A stretch of 64,000 bases of DNA from positions 4,092,001 through 4,156,000 of the forward strand of contig NC_081331.1 of the NCBI RefSeq assembly GCF_022539665.2. Direction: 5' to 3'. Shown piece after piece: positions 27,900 through 39,100 of the stretch. The stretch comes from Daphnia carinata (Eukaryota). The notes beneath the pieces are model-generated. The model saw nothing but the letters and a program-made list of their open reading frames with translations. It did not search any database and was not told the DNA's origin. Every line of letters starts with the position of its first letter. Positions within the stretch are counted from its first letter, which is position 1. Position numbers and translations under genes: made by a program.

Positions 27900-29375
27900 C
27901 CGAATTATGTATAGAAATGTCATGTCATCCATCCAATCATTACAATTTATTCAGTGTCTTGCCCCAACCAAGAATCTTTTCAGATCCAATGTTACTATTA
28001 ACCTATACTGAGAAAAGAAAAACACCATTAAGCATCTCAATTGTTGCTCATGTGACTTACATGACTCATAGATTCAACTTCTGGCAGAAGCTTGGGAAAG
28101 GCCATACAAATTGCAAATGAACATCATTGTATAAGGCTCTTGAATGATAAAATAGCACCCGTAGAATGTTGCATAGTTGATAGTTATGTTCCCAGTATAT
28201 GAAAATCCTTTCCTATGGGATAATTTTTTTTTTGTAGATTAGACATGGTTGGCAAAAAGGAGGAGAAATGCTTCGTCATAAATTCAAAATTTTTTCTAGA
28301 AAATTCCTTTCATACCTAAAGAGTCCATGTATGATGTTCATCGCTGCAATGCCAGCAAAGTGAAACATCTTTAGGGCCATTTAAGTATCCAACTTCACCA
28401 ACACTCTGAACATAAAGGACAAGTTGTTCTTTAGCCAGAGAAGCAGAATTATTAGAGGCTTCTAGCTGTGACACTATGAAGGATTCTATGAGGATTGTAC
28501 CGGATTTATTAACACAAGATGACACTTCTCATTAGACAATGTGCATACTCTATTACTTTACCTCATACCTTAATGGTAATGCACTTTCAGTGTTTTTCAA
28601 CTGTAGGCTCACTCTTCCATCCTGTAACACTTCCAGACTTGACTTGATCCCCCACTAAAATTCTGTGAATGCAAAATAATAGCATTAAAAATACTTTTTC
28701 GATAGACAAAAATCCGAAAAGTACCTAATTCATGTTTTATGTTGAACTCGTGCTATTTCTGGATTTCCGTACCACACCCATTTTCAGCCCAAATACGGTC
28801 CCACAATTGTTCACTTCCTTCGCTGCATGGACTTATTACTAACAATTCTTTTAGTGCAGCACTAACAGAATTTAACTTTAACACACTGTCAGGTGGTAGA
28901 CTGAATAACTAAACAATAAATAATTGTTTGTTAAAATTCTATACTTATTTTGAATTCTTATTTGAAAAGTTTAGGTACCTGACTGTGTTCACCTAATGCC
29001 AATTCATCCTCATGTTCAGTTAGGGATGAGTTTGGAAAAACCTCCTTCACTGTTTGGAAACTGTTCCGTTCCAATTTGTTCTTTTCCCCTACCTGAGCTT
29101 GTAGACTCAAAATTTGAGCTACAAAACACAAATGAATAAAAGCAAATAAATAGAACCATTACGTATTAGGCCTTACCATCCTTAGCATAGCTGTTATCTA
29201 ATATTTTGTGTTGTTCCAATAATTGGGCCTGCAGCTTCATAATTTGATCTAATAAACAATAATTAATAATTGAAAACCAATATAATAATCTTTATACTTA
29301 CCATCCTTTTGTTGTATTATCTTATCCATTTTTCAATTGTTCCTCCAGCCACGAGTTTTTCTCCAGCCACGCTAC
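27873..29375 (-). pseudogene. Decayed multi-exon gene (right copy) with N-terminal coiled-coil exon repeats
   Basis: Exons 29177-29248 (DQIMKLQAQLLEQHKILDNSYAKD), 28979-29118 (AQILSLQAQVGEK...), 28725-28908 (LFSLPPDSVLKL...WDRIWAENG..., internal stop), and further exons to 27873, separated by ~50-70 nt GT-AG introns. Several stops and frameshifts. Confidence 0.65.
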
Positions 29376-29440
29376 TCAATTAACTGCTAATGGGATACAA
29401 TTAACTCAAATTGCTTACATGCCTGTAATAACGAAACCGA

Positions 29441-29650
29441 CTGGTAGATGGCTACGGGTAGAAAAAAGAGAAAAAAGTGTGATTTTTTTTTTTTTTTTAT
29501 GTAAAACGGATTGCCATATAAGACCGACAAAATAAGTCGGGCTTAATTTTGAGTATGCGGAAATTTAGCTATACGTGGCTTACGCCATCTATTGGGAAAG
29601 AAATCATTAATAGTATTATCCCGAATTGCAAGTACAGTGTCATCTATTGA
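29441..29650. promoter_or_regulatory. CTCF-like motif cluster (right)
   Basis: CTGGTAGATGGCTAC 29441-29455 (forward), TACGCCATCTATTGG 29581-29595 (reverse), AGTGTCATCTATTGA 29636-29650 (reverse, weaker). Confidence 0.4.
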
Positions 29651-32600
29651 TAAAAAAAATTACAAGGAAAACAGTACGTGGAATGCTATTCCGGCCTTGG
29701 TTGTTGCACTCTTTCGAAAGAGATTAAACATAATTCAATTATGAGCTTTGTGAAATTTAAAATAATAACCGCTAGCCTACGTAAATCACTGATTTCTTTA
29801 TTTTTTACCTTGCACAAAATTACTTGTATTGGATTTCCGTTATTCTAGGTTATCCGATGTGACGTCTAGTTGACTTGATCAAGTGCCATCGTGAAACGGA
29901 TAAAATTTGAAAACATAATTCAATTTTAGGAAAAACAAAACAAATCCGGGTCTTTTACCGAACTAGGTGTGCATTTTCTCTCTTAGCTCCCGGAAAAATA
30001 TGGGAGCAAATAGCTCAGGCGGCGTAACTATTAGCCGGCTTCATTTTATCGGAAACTGAGTACGACAATGGCTACAACAGCTGCTCGTTTTCGCCTCTTC
30101 TTTTTTTAAAATCACTGTCCAACCGACGGGAATTAGCACTTGTCCGTATAAATACCAGAAAATTAAACGCGTGAATTTCGAGGACAGAGCTTAAACTAGT
30201 TGAAATTTAATACGGTAACTAAAAAAACGTATTTAATAGAAGCGACACGTTAAAAAGCTATTTACTCACGTTCAACTACACTTACTGTTTGCACACAATG
30301 ACAATTTAAGGAAAATGTATTTCTAAGCCGACTATCTAGGCCATTGCTTATAGGTCCTTATCACAATTCTCGATTAATCTATTGGTTCCTCACTATAAAT
30401 TTTTTTCTTCTCTGATAAACTTCGAATAACTCTACCAATATCCTGAAGGCGGAACGCGTGTCATTGAGCTCCAAAGTCGTACTAGTAACGTAAGTGTGGT
30501 AACGTACATATTTGATTAGTTTCGTTCGCAGTTCTCACGATTTGCACGATTGCGTGGATGTGTACACCACTTTGTGTTCGCTTCTTTTGCGGCTTGAAAG
30601 TCGGACGGAATAGCCAAAGACCATCGCTACGATGGGTTCGTTTGTTTTTTGTTTTTTTTTTTGCAAACGCGGTTACTCCGCATTATACCGCTCGTGTAGC
30701 GTGACTAAATTATGTCAATCAAACGGGGGTGAAGGGAAAGGCAAAATAAAGCCGCACATATCCGTCAGAGCAGCTGTACCGCGGTTGGCAAGCTGTGCAA
30801 AGGCAACGGTGCAGTCGAAATAATCATTTGAGAACCCGCTGATGCCCGTAAATCGACTTAAATTGCTATGTGGGTCATACGTAGAGAAAATCATCGCCAG
30901 ACATAAAAATGGGCGAAAGAGAAAACACGTTTTCTTCGAGAAAAAGAAACATCAACAAATGCCAGTCGGATAATTCCAGCAATTCGTTCGTTTTCCGTTC
31001 TTTTCTTTCGTTAAATGCTGAAACGTTTACACCGCAACGACCACAACCCCATCATTGACCACACTCAGTGCATAATGACTACCAAGTAAACAATGCATTT
31101 CTTTTTCCAATCACCTTTTTATTGGCTGACAATATACTATGGGCATCCGGAATTTCTATCCGCCATCATTAAGTGCAAAGTCGTCCAAGGAGAGGAAATG
31201 GTGGAAATCGATGTCCGTTTTGTTCGCCAACCGGCCCTATTTTTAAAAGGCATCATTGTGACTACTTTGCGCACTTACGTCGTTTTTGTTTTTACGATGC
31301 TTGTAATACCTTTGTCGAATCAAAAGCCTAGCCTGCATCAATTTGTACATAAGGTGGTTTTTCGAAAAAAACCAAGTTGAAACGAAAGGGCCACGCTCTA
31401 CTCGTTACTAGCAATTAAATTTTTCTTCACTGGGCGTCCCATATTTTTACGATTGCACTTCGATTTTCGCCAGGTTTTTTTGCTACAGTCTGAAATGACC
31501 CAGCTACTCCTCCCCAATTCCATTTTCCATAGTTAAAAAACAGAACGAAACAACAGTTTCGTCAAATTTACGGCGGGGGTGTGGCTGACCATCGTATACT
31601 TGTTCTTGAACTAGAATAACAAGTATAAGACTTGCGCGCTAGCCTTAATGGATTTCACACACAACAACAGACAACAATAAATTTTGAAGGCGACCGAAGA
31701 AAAAACAAAAATTACTGACGCCTTCAACGACATGATGCAATGTGAGAAGTCCCTCGCCGACAACAAACATAGTTTTACTGCTTACCTTAGTCAATGGGGG
31801 GGTTCACGTTTTTTTTCTCGGGCTGTGCCAAGTATTGTAACACGTCGACTTGTTACGGGCGCGAAGCACAACAACAACAAAAACAATCAAATAAAAACGA
31901 AACTTCAGAAGAAGAAAAAGAAAGAAAAAATTTACATTACAGTTGCAAGAATGCGAATGTTTTTCCCATCTGTTGCGACTATTTCGATCTTGCCATCCCA
32001 AAGAGCTGCACATATTCCAGCGTACCACATGCTCAATAGAAATTTAACAACCGGTGGAGGTATGTACAGTTGGACCGATTGTCCTTCACACGACCCGATA
32101 AGTCTTCATTGATGTGGCCGGAATTCAATGACGATGTAATTTTTCTTCTTTTCGTTTTTTGTTTTGTTTCCCCTTTTCTTTTCTTCTTTTTCCTTAGCTG
32201 TCCGATTGTGGTTTATAGGTTTTGGTCGACTAAGAAGTCTGAATAAAAACATGACACGACTCGTACACACAACCTCACAAGAACCGTTTTTTGGAGCCGA
32301 GAAATTTCGAGCTTCTACAAGCGTCGGCAATGATATGCGACCGCAGCTATTCATTTTTTCTTCTTCTTCCCAGTTGGACGACATGCATTTGCGGACAAGG
32401 CGCGGAGGAGGAGTAGAGCCGAAGATACAGTACGTATTATCGAATCGTACGTGTGTGTGGTCCGAGAGAAAACGGATTCTAACGACGCGAAAAAAAAACA
32501 CACACACATACACACACACACGATCCGCTTCCGTAGCTTTTTTCTTTTCCCCGTGCTACAATCTATAATCCCACGAAACACTTGTAAAGATCATCACGAA

Positions 32601-33180
32601 GACAAAAAAAAAAAAAAAAAAAAAAAATATATAAGAGACTTTTCTGGGCAACTTTGGGTTCTCTCACGGAAAAGTATGGAAGTGAAATACACATATATTC
32701 TGTCTTGACGGAGCGCCATTCCAGGTTTCCATATGGTCCAAAATGACAAGAGGCAAAACGAGAACGGATTAACAAAAGAACGAAAAAAGAAAAAGACGAA
32801 CATTGTCGCATGATCAAAGACTAGTACATTATTAAAAAGGCAAGCGATTCTTACTTTTTTTGTTAAAGAAAAATGTTTTCCCGTGATAAATCGAGCCTAC
32901 TAGGAGCGAAAAAGGAAAATGATTGGACTGAAATCCGCTATTGCTCACATACACGATCTAAAGCTAGCATATTTAAAAGACTTCTTATTTTTTTGTTTTC
33001 GGAGAGGAGAAGGGAAATAAACATCGAAAGCTGTTTTTTAGAGATTTTTCTGTAGAAAGAAAAGAGATTGCGACTCGGGAAAATGTGGAATAATTAGCAG
33101 TTTGGCTGGTAGAGATTACCGACGAAGATGAGTAGAGACAATGATGGTGTCTGCCTTTGTCCACGGACCGATGGGTCGGC

Positions 33181-33198
33181 TTACACAGCTCGAATAGA
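33181..33198 (-). CDS. Flot1: Flotillin-1 terminal coding exon 11 (SIRAV*)
   Basis: attatcag|TCTATTCGAGCTGTGTAA. Gives a 426-aa product, the expected size for flotillin-1. Confidence 0.75.
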   Translation of the reverse strand, partial: SIRAV

Positions 33199-36100
33199 CT
33201 GATAATGGATGGGTGGATGGATGAAAATTATTTTCCAACCCTTTTTTTGTTTTGTTTTTGTTATTTCAATGAATACGGATCGAAGCGCATACTTGAGCCA
33301 TGTCGATGCCGGTGAGAGACTTGACAAGATTCGGCACCTTGGCCATTATTTCCAAGACCTCGCCCGTCAACTTGGCTGCACCTACTTCTCCATCGCCAGA
33401 AGAAATCATTGTGATTTTCTTGGCCTGTGCGATCGGAGCCGCCACCTCAGCCGCCATCTAAAATCATCGACGCAAAAATGAAACCGTTCATTAAAAGTGA
33501 TTCTAAACGGGAGAAAGTCCCCCACTCACGCCACAACTTTCTTAGTGGTGTGTCTAGGGCGGCGTGTCGGGGTAGGTCCGTTATTATCTCTACGATGATG
33601 AGCGGCTACCATGGACCTATGTTTTCGTTCCAGTCGTTTTTTACGTAAACAACGGCGTCAAAGAGCTATGACAGGTGGAAAATGGGGGAAAAGAAACGCT
33701 ACGACCGCAGTATTCACAGTCAAATCTGAACGCCGACAGCTGGTCAAAAGTTTTTGAACGACTTCATTCCATCATTCAGTTTCTCCTTCTCCGAACGGGC
33801 AGACAGAATCGGCTACACACGATAAGATTGCATGCACAACTTGTTATGTTTTGTTTTTCATTACTCGTTTCCTTCTTTCCCCCATGTGTGCCTCTTAATC
33901 GATTCGAAACTGCGCTTGCTATGGCAATAAGCAGAGAATTTTAGCGACCACAAACTTTGAACTTAGTTGGCGTATCGAAACGGGAGCCAATAGATACGCA
34001 ACTGACGATCACCTGCTTCTTCTTCCCAATTTCATTCGAGTTTTGAGAAATAAAAAAATACAGTACTCCGCTCCATTAAACGCACCTTAGGAAGCGTATT
34101 GAGAAGCATATCGACCATGGCCGCCTCGCGGTACTCCTTGAACGCAGCAGCTTTCTTGCTCATCTGTTCGGCTTCCGCCTTGGCTTTGGCTTCGATGGCG
34201 AAAGCTTGCGCTTCTCCATTGAGGCGGATGGCCTCCGCTTCTGCTTCTGCTTCCAGAACGACGCGCTGCCGGTGTGCTTCAGCCAGCTTCTCCAACCTTA
34301 TGTTTTGTTTTCATGAAAAAAAAAAAAAAAAAAAAAAAATGGAAGAGAAACGGAAAAAAATGAGCATCGTACGTGGTGCCGCTAGGATGGGCATTCATTC
34401 ATGCCTGACGGAATCTAATAATGTTTACTTGAATTTCTCGGCTTCGGCCGGTCGACGCACTTTGGCGTCCAGTTCCTTCTCCTTCCTCATGATCTCTTGC
34501 TCCTGGACCAGAATCTGTTGGGTGCGTTCCACAACCTGGATCTGCATTTCCTCTTCACGAAGACGCTGTTTGGTCTTGGCCGCTTGCAATTCGTAAGCCA
34601 GCTCTGCTTCGGCTTTCTGTCAATAAACAAGAGCAAAGAGAATGGATTAACGAAAAGCAAACCATTTTTCAGACAGAATTCCACGCTCAAGCATTTTTGT
34701 AAAAAAAAAAAAAACAAACAAAAAAAACAAAAGAAGAATTGATTTTAAAAGAAAATCAGCATCTGCAGCAGAGCGAGTCAAGTGTCGACGAATCTCTCAC
34801 GTTTCGATCAAGAGTTTTGTTTACTACTTCCGCCCTTATCCAGCAGTGGAAATATTAGCCAAAGGCGGCAAATAATTCCCAGGAAGTAGAGAGAAAAAAA
34901 AACTGAAAAACAGCTAAAGACCTCCTTAAAAAAAAAACTCGAGACAAAACGCATAGACAAAATTAAAGTGAGCAAACACGTACACTCACTTTCTCTCAGA
35001 TTATAACTTTTAAAGAAACAAACAAGTGATGAAAAGAATTCCCAGACAGAAAAAAAAAGGCTCTTTAAAAAAACCTAAATGGCTTTCCCTCCGGAACTAC
35101 AGATAATTCTCCTTTTTGACGGGAATTTTGTTTTTTTAATGAACTTACTTTGGCTTGCACTTCTTGGTCGTAAGCTGCTTTCTTCAATTCAAAGTCACGC
35201 TGGGCTTTGGCAATTTCAATGTCGTTGACGAGGCGAGCGGCGAGACGCTCTTCTTCGGCAATGGCTTCCTTAATTTGCGAATCGGCTCGGGCCTCCGCTT
35301 CTCCGATGCGAGCGTCTCGCTTCACTTCCGCCGTCCGGGCCATTCCGAGCGCTTTCAGGTAACCCTGTGCGATGAAAAACAACAAAAGCAATGAGATAGG
35401 AGCAGAAAACAACAAAACAAAAGAAACCCATGAAGACGAAAAACAGTTGCCATGTGGTCAAAAATTTAAAATGAGTGAAAGTCTCCACAGGGGAAGGTCG
35501 AAAGCCAGTAAATAATACAACGAGACGACGTTTACGACGTCCCTTATTGACAGCGGTCATAGCTATGCATCATGTATGGCCCGCTGGAGCTCTTACTGTG
35601 CACCTGTTCGTTCAGATCACGGGGCAGTTTAAGAGAAAAGAAAATAGGAAAAACTAAACAAAAAATAACAATCCATTTCCTCCTGGTTTTCACCTACAAA
35701 TAGAGCCATAGCATGATGGCTTCTCAGGATTGTTAAACATATAAAATCGTAAAAACAAAGGCGGGGATATCGGCGCTCACTGAAACGACTTTCCGGTTAT
35801 TCTTATGATATTCTTCTTTCCTGATTACTTTTTTTCTTTCTTCTTCTTGTTGGCCGCATGCCAATGGTTTCGGAACTCTTTTGAAATCCTTTAAGATGAT
35901 CGCTATAAAGCTCATGGCTAAGGAGGTCTGATCTAATAATTGGCTGGGCGTGGAATTATGACTTTTTCCCCCAAAAATGTGATACCGAACGACGACAACG
36001 ACATTGTCGGCCTCATTAAAAATTCTACGTACTACGGTATACACGCGACGGTGCAGCAGGGCCGATGGTTCCTGATGGCCGAATGCCGAAAAACATGGGA

Positions 36101-39100
36101 ATATTACTGTGCCGTTTTCTAAACATCAAACCCCCCTCGCTGCCAAATAAAATCGGGAAAAATAATAAAATAAAAAGGAAAAAGCCTACAAAAAAAAGGG
36201 GGCCTGAATTCCTTCCTCCTACTCCCAAAAGTTGCGCGGCTTCGTTCGACAGCGCACTTCTCCTTCACATTAAAGCGACTTCCAAAGCCGCTTGCCCAAG
36301 AAATAAAAAATAATAAACGGAGCTCCGAAATCCGAGACTTTCTCCCGACATTTCTAGCCTCACGAGCCCTGGGCTGAGGCGCGCGCGCGCCGCTCAAGAG
36401 TTCAATGCGCCGAAAGAGAAGTGCATGGTTCCACTTATACGATTCCTTCTCATTTTTGCTACGCTCCGCCGCCCTCATTGCAAAGGGCGCGCGCAATAGG
36501 GCTTCTTTTTTTTCCCGTGCCCATACACTAGGCGAAAGGTAGTGGAATCATAAAAAAAAAAAATACTTTCGTAAGGAAAACGGAGAGAATGGCAAACAAC
36601 AAACAAGTGATCTATTAAAAAGGATGATAATAAAAGAGAGAAACGTCGAGCATTCATTGTTTGATGAATGACTGTCGTAATCTGTGAAAACCTGGAACAC
36701 ATACACGCATTGGAGGAGCGGTAAGAATTACAAGATTTTCAAAGGCTATGTCTTTAGATCTCTGACAGAGATGGAGAGAGAGTACAGTGACCGATAATAT
36801 TACGTTTTGCCCTTTCTCGTTGCCCAACCACCTGACACTAGATTACGACTATCTGACGAGGCCCATTACAAAACGAGAAAATCTTCACGCTTTTCCTCTG
36901 CCTCTCGCAGGCTTCAACTATGTAAATAGCTTTTTGACATGAACGCCCAGATGCAAATTACGTCCCCCACTTTTTTTTTTGTAAATTTACAGATATACAG
37001 TTTGTACGGTCAACCCATTCAGAACAGGATTTGTCCTTGTTAAAAACCTTTTTGTTCAAGAAGAATATCAAGGCAACAATGTCTTAGGTGTGGAAGAAAA
37101 AGGGAAGAAAAGAAAAAGAAAAGACAAACTAACCATGTCGTCACGAACGTCTTTCAAAGTGTAGCTCACGACTGTGATGCCCATGTTGACCAGATCAGAT
37201 GAGGCTACTTCGAATACTTGACGGCTGAACTTTTTTCGGTCCTTGTAGATTTCCTGTTTAAAAAAAAAACAATCAAAGAGAAAAAGACTGTAATCAAATG
37301 TGCGAATTTCACTGGTGGCGTAAGGACGTTAAGGGAGGACTACGACCTTCAGTGAATTCATTTTAAAATTTTCACAGTTATAAAAAAAAAAAACAGCAAA
37401 TTAGACATGAACCGTTCCGCCCCGTACTCCCTTCAAAGCGGGAGTGTGAGGATACGGGACGGGATGAAGACGAATGGAAACGAGCTGGATGGGTATTATA
37501 ACTGTTCGCTGGCTTGACAAGAGTGGGAAAAATCTTTTCAATCCAATCTTGACTCGAGCAGTCAAAAAAACATCCTGAAACACGTTGCGCACTTAAAAAC
37601 CAGGAAAAGTTAGAAACTTAAAAAGCAACAACAGCCGCTAGAGTTTAAAAAACAGACGTATATCTTCAATGCGCTCACATGGCCGCTCATTGCACCGCAC
37701 CACAAGACCCAAAAGATGCGGAATCAGCCAAGCGACGGCCCCGCGGCCCAAGTGACGTCGGATTTCGACGAGACTTTGAACATCTCGTCAACACGGAAGA
37801 CGAGAGGGGGTAAAAAACTAATCGGACGTGAGAAACTCGGAAATTCTTGCGATGAGGTTACTGCTAGTTTTCTTCTCCTTTTCCTAACAGACGGGGCGGT
37901 CGGCCGTCATCCGCAAACAGGTAACGGGAACTGACCGGACTTCTCATTTCAACACCTCCGGTCCTTTTGGCCGCCGACTTGCTGAAATCAATTAACAGAC
38001 CACGCAGCGACAGTTACACAACACCGACAACAACCCAACTCCTCACAAATATGGTTTTCTTTTCAAGTCATTTTCATTTTTTAAACTGCCGTCCGCTCGA
38101 CCTCCCTACTCACCTCGGATGTCCGATACAACCGCATGGAACCTCCGCAACTACCTCCCTCCCCCTCTTCTTTTCCGTCTCAAAGTACCTAATTAAAACG
38201 CATCAAGTTAACTTTTCTCGGAAAAAAAAAAACCAAAACGAAATCGGTGAAAAGCCCAGAAGGGGGAAAACATGACCACAGCGACCTAACTCCAGCAAAA
38301 CCTACAAGGGAGGCAAGAAACAACACCCTATGATAGTTTCACATACGAGGTACTTTCGTGCGTCCCCTATCACCATTCCGTACACAACTTGAGCCCATAA
38401 TGTCCATCAAGAAGGCGAAGGAGGACGATTACTGAATAAGAAAAATAAAACAATAGAGAGAAAGAAAAACAAAAAACAAACCCCAAAGTGAAATCCTGTG
38501 ATTAGGGTCACCGGAACTAGTTGCGCATTAAAAGGGATTTTCGATAGCCACCAACAGCATTAAGAGACCCATGGCTGTATCGTTAAGATTATTATCATTA
38601 TTATCATTACAAGCATTTTTTTTTCTTTTTTTTTTTTTAAACAAAATTTCGTGCTTTTACGATGTGGTTCTAAGCAACTAGTCATCAAAGGGGGGGGACG
38701 ACGATGAAGAAAAAACACACACACGCACAAGAAATAGCATTGTGTGCCTAATTAAGCAAAGGGGACCTTTGGGGAGTTGTTCCACTCCAAGTATTTTTCT
38801 CGATCGGGATAGCTCACCCAACAAGCATAAGACCATCCGTCGTGCACTCGGCCGTTGGCCGCAGTGAGTAACTTCGACCACAAACGAAGAAATAACGAAA
38901 AAAAAAAAAAAGACGAGCACCCCATCGCAACGTCGTAGCGATACCTGTAACGCACGCATTTCTCATAATCAAAATAGTAGGAGGAAAGTGGGATGGGCGC
39001 GCTACGTATAGTTTAAGTGGCCAAAGTCAGAAAACAATCTAGAAATAATTTCGGGCAGACGGACGAATAAGACGGGAACTAGTTCGACCCAAAAAAAGAG

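Larger units (their letters stand above)
23200..29600. mobile_element. Composite, decayed DNA-transposon-like/foldback island (class undetermined)
   Basis: Abrupt loss of the host's homopolymer-rich texture, subterminal-type repeats, a long inverted repeat, decayed genes and tRNA-derived units. No transposase catalytic motif or unambiguous TSD recognised. Boundaries are approximate. Confidence 0.5.

Noticed and set aside
23200..29600. CRISPR array or prokaryotic/viral insertion
   Set aside because: No regularly spaced identical repeats; the decayed genes contain spliceosomal introns
34099..34596. Plus-strand ORFs opposite Flot1, and similar shadows opposite hh and the 4-TM exon 3
   Set aside because: Antisense or alternative-frame shadows of real coding exons
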